Origin: an uncultured Bacteroidota bacterium
GTDB taxonomy: Bacteria; Bacteroidota; Bacteroidia; Bacteroidales; SZUA-534
Assembly (NCBI GenBank): GCA_946404125.1
Contig: CAMJCK010000008.1
Span: forward strand, 17,667-81,666
DNA: 64,000 nt
Reading direction: 5' to 3'
In this document: one piece after another, positions 26,467 through 36,039 of the stretch
Numbering within the stretch: the first letter of the stretch is position 1
How the letters are laid out: every line of letters starts with the position of its first letter
Translations under genes and position numbers: made by a program
The notes under the pieces: generated by a model
Database searches by the model: none
Told to the model about the DNA's origin: nothing
What the model saw: the letters and a program-made list of their open reading frames with translations, nothing else

Positions 26467-26569
26467 CAAAAGGGAACAAAACAACGGTTCTCTGGAGCAA
26501 AAGAGTTTAGTGGTTATTACGTGGTATTAGTTGTTAGCGAGTATGCTATTGGGCATCTCGCTTTTTTTT
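26467..26569 (+). ncRNA. Candidate ~100-nt small RNA (orphan promoter plus intrinsic terminator)
   Basis: A TATATTTG -7 box at 26454-26461 is followed about 75 nt later by the hairpin GCGAGTATGC-TATTGG-GCATCTCGC and a T8 run (26537-26569). There is no plus-strand ORF here, and both flanking genes are on the minus strand. Confidence 0.35.
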
Positions 26570-26614
26570 GTTTCAGATGTTTCGGTTTTTACTGACTGAC
26601 TTGTTGGCAGTCAG

Positions 26615-26986
26615 TTACTTATCAAAAAACATCATCTTGATTCCCACAGCAAAAAGCAGCACTGCAAAGCATTTTTTCACAATGTGTTCGGGCAGGCCGA
26701 TGGCGATTTTCGACGAAATGTAGCTGCCGAGCATAAAGGCGAACATTATTATAAGTGCGGCTTTCACATCAACAAAACCGGCCTTGTAGTAGTTGATTAC
26801 AGCGAAAATGCTGACCGGCGGGAGCATAACGGCGAGGCTTGTGGCCACCGATTGCTGTTGGGTGAATCCCAGCAGATAAACCATTGCCGGAACCATAATT
26901 ATTCCGCCTCCAATACCCAAAATTCCTGATACAACGCCAGTTACAATACCGACCAAAATCAGGGCAAAAAACATTCCAGTTGTCAT
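26615..26986 (-). CDS. Half-size TSUP (TauE/SafE) family membrane transporter
   Basis: GILGIGGGIIMVPAMVYLLG and four hydrophobic segments in ~123 aa, which is one repeat of the usual two-repeat TSUP fold. Start at MTTGMFF. Confidence 0.6.
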   Translation of the reverse strand: MTTGMFFALILVGIVTGVVSGILGIGGGIIMVPAMVYLLGFTQQQSVATSLAVMLPPVSIFAVINYYKAGFVDVKAALIIMFAFMLGSYISSKIAIGLPEHIVKKCFAVLLFAVGIKMMFFDK

Positions 26987-27086
26987 ATTATTAGTCTTTT
27001 TGTTTTGCAAATATACTTTTTTGCTTTTGATGTGGTGTCGCGCCATTTGCGGAGTTTTTTGCGCCAACTTTTTCTACTTTTGCATT

Positions 27087-27884
27087 ATGAAATCGAAAAA
27101 ATCGAAAATTACCACACGTTTGAAGGTGCAAATTGCGCTCATTGCGCTGATGATGCCTGTTGTGGGCGCGGTGTCGGGCTGGTACTACGCTTTTTTCATC
27201 GGCGAGTCCGACTATCCCTACGCCTACGCGATAGCCTGTTTGGGCGTCGGGTTGCTGCTCGATTTGGTCTGCTACAACGGTAGTGTTTTCAGTTTCGTTT
27301 GCTACAAACTGCCCATTCCGCTTGTGCTTGCGCTGACGTCGTATGCCATCGCCTCGTTTTTCGTATCGTGGCGGCTGGCTTTGTGCGCCGGAGTTGCAGG
27401 CGTTTTCATCGGTGTCGTTTTCGATTACGCGCTCATAATCGACAAGCCGTTCTATCTGGCGCGCAAACGAGTACTGATTATTGTTTATATGTTATTGTCT
27501 TTCATAATGTTAGGCGTGATGATGGGCGTGCCGGTGTCGAGTTTGGTATTGGGCATAATGGCAGGCAATTATTACTCGCTGCGTTATGAGGGCGCGGTTT
27601 TGAGCAAATCGCGTTTAAAGCAGAATCTGCTGATAATAAGCGGATTTGTGACGGTGGTTCTGTTCGTTTTCGAGTTGATTTTCGGCTGGCTCATCTGGCA
27701 GGATTCGCCCAACATCATTGCATATGTGTATCAGCTGACGGGTTTGCTGATTACCCGCCGAGGCTTGCTGGCGATGATTTTCGGTTTCGGAGCGTTAGCG
27801 GTTGTCATTCAATTCTTTATGACATACTACACAGGTAAGGTAATGCTCTCGTACCGCACCATCCGTTACCGCGAAGCTCATTAG
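27087..27884 (+). CDS. Polytopic membrane protein of unknown function
   Basis: About 8 hydrophobic segments. Start ATG 27087 lies directly after a TACTTTTG -7 box (27075-27082). No family recognised. Confidence 0.55.
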   Translation: MKSKKSKITTRLKVQIALIALMMPVVGAVSGWYYAFFIGESDYPYAYAIACLGVGLLLDLVCYNGSVFSFVCYKLPIPLVLALTSYAIASFFVSWRLALCAGVAGVFIGVVFDYALIIDKPFYLARKRVLIIVYMLLSFIMLGVMMGVPVSSLVLGIMAGNYYSLRYEGAVLSKSRLKQNLLIISGFVTVVLFVFELIFGWLIWQDSPNIIAYVYQLTGLLITRRGLLAMIFGFGALAVVIQFFMTYYTGKVMLSYRTIRYREAH

Positions 27885-28062
27885 CAAAAAAATCGCTCAA
27901 ACCGTCCATCCTTTTACAAATCGATATTAATCAACAAAATACGAGACGTTTATTCCCATTAATCCGATAATCGGCAAACGAAAATAAATTGTGAGTTAAA
28001 TCGGTCGGAACATTGTTAATTATATGGTGCGCCTTTTATCTTTGCGCCTAAATAAAAATAGT

Positions 28063-28785
28063 ATGTCAGCAAAACCGAAATCGACGAAAAAAAGACGCAT
28101 AGCCTGGCGGCGGGTGCTGCCCATCGTGCTTGTTCCGCTTTTGATTGTGCTGGCAATCAAGAAGTTGCCCGATGCCTTTCATCATCGCAAATCGATTGAC
28201 GAGGTGGCCGTGTCAGAGTTGTCAGCGAAAGAGGTGAGGGCTTTGCGCCGATACAATAACGAATATCACCTTGAGATTTCGCGCGCCAAGGGTCTCGAGC
28301 GTCCGTTCAAAAACCATAAGGAAATGCTCGACGACAAGTACGGCAACATTGTGCGTTACGGCTTGCGCGAGGTGCACGACTGCAAATATTACGAGGTGCC
28401 GGCCTACACTTATTCGATGCCATATTTGAAAAAAGAGGCCGTCGATTTTCTCGATGAAGTGGGCCGCCGCTTTTTTAAGGCTTTGAAAGATATTGACGTT
28501 CAAGAATATAGATTCCAACTATCATCGGCGTTGCGCACCGAGGCCGACCAGCACGGCTTGCGCAAAAACAACGTGAACGCCACTCAGAACAAGACTTCGC
28601 ACTATTTCGGCCTCTCGTTCGACATTGCCCAGACTTGTTTTTATCCAAAGGGTGAGAGCGAGCCGGTCTATTCATATCGTTTGCGAAACCTGTTGCTGCG
28701 TACGCTCATCGAGATGCAGGACGAGGGCCGCTGCTATGTGATTCTCGAAACGCAAACCAAATGCATACACGTTACCGTTCGCTAA
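28063..28785 (+). CDS. Membrane-anchored LAS/M15 (VanY)-like peptidase-fold protein (DUF5715-like)
   Basis: N-terminal basic segment plus TM (RRVLPIVLVPLLIVLAI). SHYFGLSFDI matches the SxHxxGxAxD zinc motif of M15 peptidases. A -7 box TATCTTTG lies at 28037-28044. Confidence 0.5.
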   Translation: MSAKPKSTKKRRIAWRRVLPIVLVPLLIVLAIKKLPDAFHHRKSIDEVAVSELSAKEVRALRRYNNEYHLEISRAKGLERPFKNHKEMLDDKYGNIVRYGLREVHDCKYYEVPAYTYSMPYLKKEAVDFLDEVGRRFFKALKDIDVQEYRFQLSSALRTEADQHGLRKNNVNATQNKTSHYFGLSFDIAQTCFYPKGESEPVYSYRLRNLLLRTLIEMQDEGRCYVILETQTKCIHVTVR

Positions 28786-28801
28786 TGTTTTGATTACCAA
28801 T

Positions 28802-30025
28802 ATGAAAAAAACGAAAGAAATAATCCTGATGAACGTGTCGGGTCCTGACAAACCAGGACAAACCGCCTCATTGACAAACATTTTGATGCAGTACGATGTC
28901 AACATTCTCGACATTGGCCAGTCGGTTATCCACGATGGTTTGAATCTTGGAATTATGTTCGAGGTGCCAGACGAGGCAGGGTCATCGCCGGTTCTGAAGG
29001 ATATTTTGTTCACGGCGTACGAGTTGGGCGTCGATGTGAAATTCACGGTCATTCCGGCCAAGCAATACACCGAGTGGGTGGCGCAACAGGGCAAAGCGCG
29101 CTACATTGTCACCATAATCTCGCACAGACTCAAGGCTGCGCATTTGGCCAAGGTTACGTCGGTCATTGCCGAACAGGGCCTCAACATCGATGCCATCAGC
29201 CGTCTGTCGGGCCGTCCGCCGATTGAGGACATTGAGCCGCAGTCGAAGGCCGTGGTCGAAATTTCGGTGCGCGGCAACCCCGTCGACTTGAAAAAGATGA
29301 AGTCCGATTTTATGCGCATTTCGGCCGACAGCAGCCTCGACATCGCTTTCCAGGAGGATAACGTGTTCCGCCGCAACCGCCGCCTGATTTGTTTCGATAT
29401 GGATTCGACGCTTATTCAGACCGAAGTTATCGATGAACTTGCGCGTCGCGCTGGAGTAGGCGAGCAGGTGAGCGCCATTACCGCTTCCGCGATGCGTGGC
29501 GAGATTGATTTCCGCCAGAGTTTCCTGAAGCGCATCTCGCTGCTCAAAGGACTGGACGAGAGTGTGATGAAAGAGATTGCCGAGAATCTGCCGATTACAG
29601 AGGGCGCCGAGCGTTTGTTCAAAACCTTGAAACGTTACGGTTACCGTACGGCTATTTTGTCGGGCGGCTTCACATATTTTGGTAACTATTTGAAAAACAA
29701 GCTCGATATTGACTATGTGTTTGCCAACGAGCTTGAGATTGTCAACGGCAAACTTACAGGTAACAATGTGGGCGATATTGTCGATGGCGCACGCAAGGCC
29801 GAGATTCTGAAACTGTTGGCCTTCAAAGAGGACATCCATCTTGAGCAGGTGATTGCCGTGGGCGATGGCGCCAACGACCTGCCGATGTTGCAACTGGCCG
29901 GTTTGGGTATTGCCTTCCACGCCAAGCCAAAGGTGAAAGAGTCGGCTATGCATTCAATTTCGGCCGGCGGTCTTGATTCAATTCTCTATTTCCTCGGCTT
30001 CCGCGACCGCGATATCAATCAATAA
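28802..30025 (+). CDS. serB: Phosphoserine phosphatase SerB with N-terminal ACT domains
   Basis: HAD motifs FDMDSTLI and GDGANDLPML. Two N-terminal ACT-like segments. Start at ATG 28802. Confidence 0.88.
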   Translation: MKKTKEIILMNVSGPDKPGQTASLTNILMQYDVNILDIGQSVIHDGLNLGIMFEVPDEAGSSPVLKDILFTAYELGVDVKFTVIPAKQYTEWVAQQGKARYIVTIISHRLKAAHLAKVTSVIAEQGLNIDAISRLSGRPPIEDIEPQSKAVVEISVRGNPVDLKKMKSDFMRISADSSLDIAFQEDNVFRRNRRLICFDMDSTLIQTEVIDELARRAGVGEQVSAITASAMRGEIDFRQSFLKRISLLKGLDESVMKEIAENLPITEGAERLFKTLKRYGYRTAILSGGFTYFGNYLKNKLDIDYVFANELEIVNGKLTGNNVGDIVDGARKAEILKLLAFKEDIHLEQVIAVGDGANDLPMLQLAGLGIAFHAKPKVKESAMHSISAGGLDSILYFLGFRDRDINQ

Positions 30026-30052
30026 ATATTGATGCAATTCAATGCAAATTTG

Positions 30053-30093
30053 CGCGGGCAGCGTTGTTTTTATGCAACACTGCCCGCTTTTTT
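30053..30093 (+). terminator. Intrinsic terminator after serB
   Basis: GCGGGCAGCGTTG-loop-CAACACTGCCCGC followed by T6. Confidence 0.75.
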
Positions 30094-30398
30094 GCATTAA
30101 AAAGTGACAAAAACGCGCGTTTTGCACAAAGTTGCGATGCAGTGCAAACGTTTTAGGTTGTCGGCTGAATCCTTTGCTATATCTTAATTTGACGATTTTT
30201 AACCCTCGAATTCAAAAATCTATGCATATCGTTTGCATTGATGTAAATATTAGTAAATCAATAAAATATAAAACTGATAAAATGCTACTCCGATTTTATG
30301 CAAACGTTGCATTAAATTTTGTCTGTACAATCGATAAAAAGTACAACATACTTTTGCGGTGTGAAAAGAGAATAAAAGAACATTTAAAAGACGAAAAG

Positions 30399-31064
30399 AT
30401 GAAACTTTTAAACATTAATGAAGATCGTTTGATGAAATCAGACTACTTCGCAGTTTTGGTTAGCTTGCTTACAGCAGCGTTGATTATGTTGCCATTGTTA
30501 ATGTCGGCAAAAAGCAAAAACAACGAAAGCGCGATTCCTGCAATGGTAAAAATTGAGGATACTCTTGGTTTCCGCTATGTGACTTGCACCCGCGCCGCCA
30601 TTATCTACAAATCGAGCGACGACAGCCGTTGCAATCTCAGCATCGAAACACTGAACGGTGACGTGCTTTACAGCGAAAACATCCGCAGCAAAGGCAAGAG
30701 CGCTCGCGTGTTCGATTTTATGAACCTTGAGGACGGCACTTACAAAGTCATTGCTAAGAAACGCGGTAACACTTTGGAGCGCGCATTCACAATCAAGGAC
30801 GGTGAGCTGATTTATGGCGGACACGTTACCATCGACCCGATTTTCAAAGTTGTCGGCACACGCGCAATCATCGAGCTGCTCAACGAGCAAGGCAAAGAGG
30901 TTGTTGTCAAGATTTTGGATTCGAAAGGCGAGGAGCTTTATTCAACTGTCGAGAAAAGACAAGTCAACAAGAACTTTGAGTTCGGCAAAGTTGCGTCAGG
31001 CGTTTACACCGTGCTGGTTGATGTAGAAGGTGACGACTACAAATTCGATTACAACAAGCAGTAA
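30399..31064 (+). CDS. Membrane-anchored hypothetical protein with two beta-sandwich-like repeats
   Basis: The N-terminal TM is YFAVLVSLLTAALIMLPLLM. Two similar segments end in G(T/V)Y(K/T)V. A TACTTTTG -7 box at 30349-30356 argues against the long upstream ORF extension. Confidence 0.5.
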   Translation: MKLLNINEDRLMKSDYFAVLVSLLTAALIMLPLLMSAKSKNNESAIPAMVKIEDTLGFRYVTCTRAAIIYKSSDDSRCNLSIETLNGDVLYSENIRSKGKSARVFDFMNLEDGTYKVIAKKRGNTLERAFTIKDGELIYGGHVTIDPIFKVVGTRAIIELLNEQGKEVVVKILDSKGEELYSTVEKRQVNKNFEFGKVASGVYTVLVDVEGDDYKFDYNKQ

Positions 31065-31125
31065 TCAACATTAAAACACAGAAAAACAGAGGCGAACCAT
31101 TGGGGTTCGCACTCTACAGAGAATG

Positions 31126-31153
31126 AGGATTCGATAGACGAAATCCTTTTTTT
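31126..31153 (+). terminator. Intrinsic terminator after 30399-31064
   Basis: AGGATT-loop-AATCCT followed by T7. The stem is short. Confidence 0.5.
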
Positions 31154-31312
31154 GTTTATAGGGGTGAGGTTTTGCAGATGTTGCCGCCATCTCATCATTG
31201 CTTTTCATCTTTACTTTACGAACACTAAACATTCCGCAACTTTTTCCCTCATAATACCTTTGTTTTCGTAGAACTCACCTATATTTGCACCATAATTCTA
31301 AATGAAAAAACA

Positions 31313-31738
31313 ATGAAGGAAATCTTATCAATCTCTGGATATTCAGGACTTTTCAAGCTGATTTCGAGCACAAAAAACGGAATCATTGTTGAAGACATTG
31401 AGACAAAAAAACGTCTGCCGGCCTACACCACTTCAAAGGTTAGCTCGCTGCGCGACATTGCCATTTTTAAAGAAGACGGTGAGGAAGTGTCGCTGATTGA
31501 AGTTTTGAAGAACATCAGCACCAAAGAGAGCGCAAAGGCCGCCATCGATCCGAAAAAGGCTGACAACGAGGCGCTCAAAGCATATTTTGCCGAAGTGTTG
31601 CCAAACTACGACCGCGAGCGCGTTTACGTTTCGCACATCAAGAAAGTGCTGACGTGGTACAACCAGTTGCAGCGTTGCAATATGCTCGACGTTCTCGACG
31701 AGAAGGACGAAGAGGCTGCAGCCGACGAGAAAGAATAA
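31313..31738 (+). CDS. Conserved Bacteroidota hypothetical protein (DUF5606-like)
   Basis: The N-terminus MKEILSISGYSGLFKLIS..KNGIIVE resembles the DUF5606 family from memory. A TATATTTG box lies at 31280-31287 and a terminator at 31759-31786. Confidence 0.55.
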   Translation: MKEILSISGYSGLFKLISSTKNGIIVEDIETKKRLPAYTTSKVSSLRDIAIFKEDGEEVSLIEVLKNISTKESAKAAIDPKKADNEALKAYFAEVLPNYDRERVYVSHIKKVLTWYNQLQRCNMLDVLDEKDEEAAADEKE

Positions 31739-31758
31739 ACAGACAATTTGTCAAATAG

Positions 31759-31786
31759 AAAGCCACTCTTTTGAGTGGCTTTTTTT
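31759..31786 (+). terminator. Intrinsic terminator after the DUF5606-like gene
   Basis: AAGCCACTC-TTTT-GAGTGGCTT followed by T6. Confidence 0.75.
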
Positions 31787-31807
31787 ATGCGCATTAGTAT
31801 AGTGCAA

Positions 31808-31838
31808 TAAAAAACGGGCTCTTTTCAGAACCCGTTTA
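31808..31838 (-). terminator. Intrinsic terminator after pnp
   Basis: On the minus strand, AACGGGUUC-UGAAAA-GAGCCCGUU is followed by a U run. Confidence 0.7.
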
Positions 31839-31861
31839 TCAAACTATATAACTCTTAAACC

Positions 31862-34126
31862 TTATTCTTGAGTTGGAGCTTCACCGCCTTCGTTGCGGTT
31901 TCCACGATGGAAATGTCCGCCGTGACGGTTGTCACGATGACGGTCGCCGCCTTCACGACGGTCGCCGCGCTCAGGACGCTCACCGCGCTCGGGGCGTTCG
32001 CGCTCAACATAGCCTTCCGGTTTTGGAATCAGCACTTTGTGCGACAAACGAAGTTTACCTGCCTTGTCAATCTCGAGCAGCTTGACCTCAATCTCATCAC
32101 CTTCCTTCAGACCGGCATCCTCAATCTTCTCAAGACGGCGCCATTCGATTTCCGAAATGTGCAGCAGACCTTCTTTGCCAGGCAGAATCTCAACAAATAC
32201 GCCGAACTGAACTACCGATTTGATTTTGCCTTTGTAAATCTCGCCTACTTCAGGAACAGCAACAATTCCCTTGATGCGTGCGATTGCTGCATCGATAGAA
32301 TCCTTGTTGGCTGCAACAACCTCAACCTTACCCTCGTTGTCAACCTCATCGATTGTAATGATAGTACCAGTTGAAGCTTGGATTTCCTGAATAATCTTTC
32401 CACCAGGGCCGATAACTGCTCCAATGCAATCTTTCGGAATCGACATTGTAACGATGCGCGGTGCGTGCGGTTTCAGGTCGGCGCGTGGCTCGGCGATTGT
32501 CTCCTGAATCTTGTCCAAGATATACATACGGCCCTCGTGAGCCTGTGCAAGTGCGTTTTCAAGAATCTCGTACGACAGACCGTCAACCTTGATATCCATC
32601 TGGCAAGCGGTCAAACCGTCGCGTGTACCGGTGGTCTTGAAGTCCATATCGCCAAGGTGGTCCTCATCACCAAGAATGTCGGACAGAACAGCGTAGTTGG
32701 TACCCTTGTTCTCCGAAATCAGACCCATTGCAATACCCGAAACTGGTTTCTTAATCTTAACGCCAGCGTCCATAAGTGCCAGAGTACCAGCGCAAACTGT
32801 TGCCATTGACGATGAACCGTTCGATTCAAGAATGTCAGAAACAACACGAACAACATACGGGTAGTCTGCCGGAACCATTTTCTTCAATGCGCGGCAGGCA
32901 AGGTTTCCGTGACCAATCTCGCGGCGGCCTACACCACGTTGTGCTTTTGCCTCGCCAGTCGAGAACGGCGGGAAGTTATAGTGGAGAAGGAATCTGTCGC
33001 GGCCTTGGATAAGAGCCTCATCGACAATCTTCTCGTCGAGTTTTGTTCCCAGAGTAACGGTGCAGAGCGATTGTGTCTCACCGCGGGTAAAGATTGATGA
33101 ACCGTGAGGACCAGGCAGGTAACCAACCTCCGACCAGATCGGGCGGATTTCGTTGGTTTTGCGGCCATCGAGACGTTTGCCTTCGTCCAAAACGGCGCGG
33201 CGCATAGCCTCTTTCTCTACATCGTGATAGTAACGGTCGATGAGAGCGCCTTTAGTTTCAAGCTCTTCTTCGGTGAACTGTGCCTTGAACTCGTCGCGGA
33301 TAGCGGTGAACATTGCCTCGCGGTGATGTTTGTCGGTGTCGGCGGCGGTTGCCTGAGCGTATGCTTTTGCGTAGCAGGCATCGTGAACCTGCTGGCGAAG
33401 CTCCTCGTCGTTCTCCTCGTGGCAATATTCGCGTTTAACGGTCTTGCCAGCGGCTTCCATCAGTTCAAGCTGAGCCTGGCATTGCGGTTTGATGGCCTCG
33501 TGAGCGGCTTTGATGGCCTCGAGCATATCGTGCTCGCTAACCTCGTTCATTTCGCCTTCAACCATCATTATGTTGTCGAGGGTTGCTGCTACAACCAACT
33601 CGATATCAGCGTTTTCTGCTTGCTCGAATGTCGGGTCGATGATGAACTCGCCATTCACGCGAGCCACGCGGACCTCTGAAATCGGGCCTTCGAACGGAAT
33701 GTCAGACACTGCCAGTGCGGCCGAAGCTGCAAGACCGGCGAAGTTGTCGGGCATATCGATGCCGTCCGATGAGTAAAGTGTTACGTTTACAAATGTTTCA
33801 GCGTGATAGTTCGACGGGAAGAGTGGGCGCAGGGCGCGGTCAATGAGTCGGGCAATCAGAATCTCGTAGTCCGATGCTTTGCCCTCGCGGCGTGTGAATC
33901 CGCCGGGGAAGCGGCCGTTCGATGCGAATTTCTCTTTGTACTCAACGGTCAGCGGCATAAAGTCGGTGCCGGGTACTGCATCTTGCGCCGAGCAAACTGT
34001 TGCAAGCAGCATTGTGCTGCCGCATTTTACCATAACGGCTCCGTCGGCCTGTTTGGCCAGCTTGCCGGTTTCAATTTCAATCACCCTACCGTCGGGCAAT
34101 TTGATTTCTTTCTTTACTATGTTCAT
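31862..34126 (-). CDS. pnp: Polyribonucleotide nucleotidyltransferase (PNPase)
   Basis: Full-length PNPase pattern: two RNase PH domains, KH ([11 protein letters not shown]), S1 ([20 protein letters not shown]), and an R/G/E-rich C-terminal tail. Confidence 0.95.
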   Translation of the reverse strand: MNIVKKEIKLPDGRVIEIETGKLAKQADGAVMVKCGSTMLLATVCSAQDAVPGTDFMPLTVEYKEKFASNGRFPGGFTRREGKASDYEILIARLIDRALRPLFPSNYHAETFVNVTLYSSDGIDMPDNFAGLAASAALAVSDIPFEGPISEVRVARVNGEFIIDPTFEQAENADIELVVAATLDNIMMVEGEMNEVSEHDMLEAIKAAHEAIKPQCQAQLELMEAAGKTVKREYCHEENDEELRQQVHDACYAKAYAQATAADTDKHHREAMFTAIRDEFKAQFTEEELETKGALIDRYYHDVEKEAMRRAVLDEGKRLDGRKTNEIRPIWSEVGYLPGPHGSSIFTRGETQSLCTVTLGTKLDEKIVDEALIQGRDRFLLHYNFPPFSTGEAKAQRGVGRREIGHGNLACRALKKMVPADYPYVVRVVSDILESNGSSSMATVCAGTLALMDAGVKIKKPVSGIAMGLISENKGTNYAVLSDILGDEDHLGDMDFKTTGTRDGLTACQMDIKVDGLSYEILENALAQAHEGRMYILDKIQETIAEPRADLKPHAPRIVTMSIPKDCIGAVIGPGGKIIQEIQASTGTIITIDEVDNEGKVEVVAANKDSIDAAIARIKGIVAVPEVGEIYKGKIKSVVQFGVFVEILPGKEGLLHISEIEWRRLEKIEDAGLKEGDEIEVKLLEIDKAGKLRLSHKVLIPKPEGYVERERPERGERPERGDRREGGDRHRDNRHGGHFHRGNRNEGGEAPTQE

Positions 34127-34323
34127 AAAAGCTTCTTTTTGCGTCTGTCGGTTTCATCTTTCGTCCGGCAGACAAATTCATATTATTGTTTTAAACCGAA
34201 GTTTTCGATGGGTTATTGGACGTAAAATACGCCACTTATTTTACAAATGCAATGATTTACAAGATTTTGTGCATTAAAAACGCACTATACAATTTATTGC
34301 AAACCTTTGCACTTGTAATAAAC

Positions 34324-34350
34324 AAAAAAAGGCAACCGAAGTGCCTCTTT
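34324..34350 (-). terminator. Probable terminator/attenuator between rpsO and pnp
   Basis: On the minus strand, AGGCA-CUUCGG-UUGCCU is followed by U7. The stem is short. Confidence 0.5.
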
Positions 34351-34353
34351 TTG

Positions 34354-34623
34354 TTACTTCCTCAAGTTCAGAGCCTTAATTAGTTCACGATATTTTTCAA
34401 TATCCTGTTTTTTAAGGTATGCCAGCAAATTGCGACGTTTACCAACCATCTGAAGCAGTGAGCGTTGTGTGCCAACGTCTTTCTTGTTGTTCTTCATATG
34501 TTCAGTCAAGTGGTTGATTTTGTAGCTGAACATTGCAATCTGGCCTTCAGTCGAACCGGTGTCTTTTGCTGATTTTCCGTAAGTTGAGAAAAACTCTTGT
34601 TTTTTTTCTGCTGTTAGATACAT
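34354..34623 (-). CDS. rpsO: 30S ribosomal protein S15
   Basis: An 89-aa protein with TGSTEGQIA..S..I..L..H...NKKD..S.R.L..MV.KRR.LL.YL, the canonical S15 pattern. Confidence 0.95.
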   Translation of the reverse strand: MYLTAEKKQEFFSTYGKSAKDTGSTEGQIAMFSYKINHLTEHMKNNKKDVGTQRSLLQMVGKRRNLLAYLKKQDIEKYRELIKALNLRK

Positions 34624-34763
34624 ATCTATTTTTTTATAAATCTGTTAATATTTCCTTTCGAATTTCGAACCGCAAATATCGGTATTTTTTTGAATAATCA
34701 AACACCCTGTTGTTTAAATCGTCAAAAAACACCAAATCGATGATTGTTGATTTCAGAATGGGG

Positions 34764-35036
34764 CTATTTGTCGCCGTAATGGCCGTAGGCGGTGAGAACA
34801 TCAATGTGGATTTCAGTTTCAAAAATCCGATAAACAATGCGGTGTTTTTTGGTTATTTGCCGACTCCAGCGGTTTTCGGGTTTACCTTTAAGCGGTTCGG
34901 GGTGGCCAGTGCCTGTCTTGGGATGTAAAACAATCTCATTGAGCAACTTAACGGCCTTTTCAAAACTTTTGGGTTCATTCCTTTTCAGTTTTGCAAGGTC
35001 GGCTTCGGCTTCGGCAGAATATGAGATTGAGTACAT
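34764..35036 (-). CDS. Txe/YoeB-family type II toxin (mRNA interferase)
   Basis: HP.TGTGHPEPLKG.....WSR.I...HR.VY.......I.VL...GHY matches the YoeB/Txe catalytic core. Confidence 0.8.
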   Translation of the reverse strand: MYSISYSAEAEADLAKLKRNEPKSFEKAVKLLNEIVLHPKTGTGHPEPLKGKPENRWSRQITKKHRIVYRIFETEIHIDVLTAYGHYGDK

Positions 35037-35037
35037 A

Positions 35038-35286
35038 TCAAAGTGCGGCTAACCATTCGTTCATTTCTTTGGCATTGCTGAAACTACGGCATTGTCCATT
35101 GGCAATTTGTTTTTCGGCTTTGTCAACGCGCGCAAAAAAATCTTCGCGGCTCATTTCTGTCGGGTCAGCCGTTTTTTCGGCAGCCAGATTGCGCAAATAC
35201 TTTGCGGCACGGCGCATAAGTCCTTCGTCATCAGCAATAATGCTCATACTATGCCAGATTTCAGTGCTAAGTTGTGCTGTTGTCAT
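35038..35286 (-). CDS. Putative cognate antitoxin (not Phd/YefM-like)
   Basis: An 82-aa acidic, helical ORF ending 1 nt upstream of the toxin start. A TATTTTTG -7 box lies on the minus strand at 35303-35310. Start at MTTAQLST. Confidence 0.55.
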   Translation of the reverse strand: MTTAQLSTEIWHSMSIIADDEGLMRRAAKYLRNLAAEKTADPTEMSREDFFARVDKAEKQIANGQCRSFSNAKEMNEWLAAL

Positions 35287-35444
35287 ATTGTTGTGTTTCT
35301 TGCAAAAATACAAATGTTCATTGTGAAATGAAAATGATTTTTGCGGGCCAGAAAGCAATTCGTGCGCCATTATCCGTCGGGACGAGAAAAAACAGATTCA
35401 TCAATCCTTCAAAATTTCTACCTTGCACCCATAATATAATATGT

Positions 35445-35948
35445 ATGACTGACAAGCAGATTTCGATGATTGTCGCCATTGATGAGAACGGCGGCATCGG
35501 GCTTAAAAACAATCTTTTGGCTTACATTCCCGCCGATTTGAAGCGGTTTAAGGCCATCACCACCGGACACAATATTATAATGGGTAGCAACACGTGGCTG
35601 TCGTTGCCGCGCCGTCCGCTGCCTGAACGCCGCAACATTGTGATTACCAGCCGCACCGGTGCTGAATTTGAAGGTGCTGTGCTGGCCCGCTCAATCGACG
35701 AAGCAGTGGCCTTGCTGCCCGATGGCGAAGAGTCGTTTGTAATTGGTGGCGCAAGCATCTACAAGCAGATGTTCCCGCTGGCCACGAAACTTTATTTGAC
35801 ACTCATTCACAAAAAGTTTGAGGCCGACACATTTTTCCCCGAAATTGATTTCTCAAAATGGCGTGAGGTTGAGCGAACCGACATCGACAACGATGAGAAA
35901 ACCGATTTCAAGTACACTTATCTGACTATAGAAAAGAAAAATATGTGA
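35445..35948 (+). CDS. folA: Dihydrofolate reductase
   Basis: MIVAIDENGGIGLKNNL....P.DLKRFK..T.G..IIMGSNTW.SLP and VIGGASIY are canonical DHFR motifs. Start at ATG 35445. Confidence 0.88.
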   Translation: MTDKQISMIVAIDENGGIGLKNNLLAYIPADLKRFKAITTGHNIIMGSNTWLSLPRRPLPERRNIVITSRTGAEFEGAVLARSIDEAVALLPDGEESFVIGGASIYKQMFPLATKLYLTLIHKKFEADTFFPEIDFSKWREVERTDIDNDEKTDFKYTYLTIEKKNM

Positions 35949-36039
35949 ACTGAAAGCGTTGATGGCGACTAAAAATCAAAAAAACAATTGTCGCCACCAT
36001 ACCTATTTATTAGTAAATTGGCACATTAAAATTTGGCAT

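Noticed and set aside
26591-26615. Perfect 8-bp hairpin ACTGACTG-N9-CAGTCAGT considered as the terminator of the TSUP gene.
   Set aside because: It overlaps the stop codon and has no U-run on the minus-strand transcript, where AAAAACC follows instead. On the plus strand the T-run precedes rather than follows it. It may be structural, but it is not a canonical terminator.
31091-31112. GCGAACC...GGTTCGC hairpin, which looks tRNA T-arm-like.
   Set aside because: No acceptor, D or anticodon arms can be drawn around it. It is probably part of the 3' UTR structure of the upstream gene. I found no tRNA, rRNA or tmRNA signature elsewhere in the intergenic regions.
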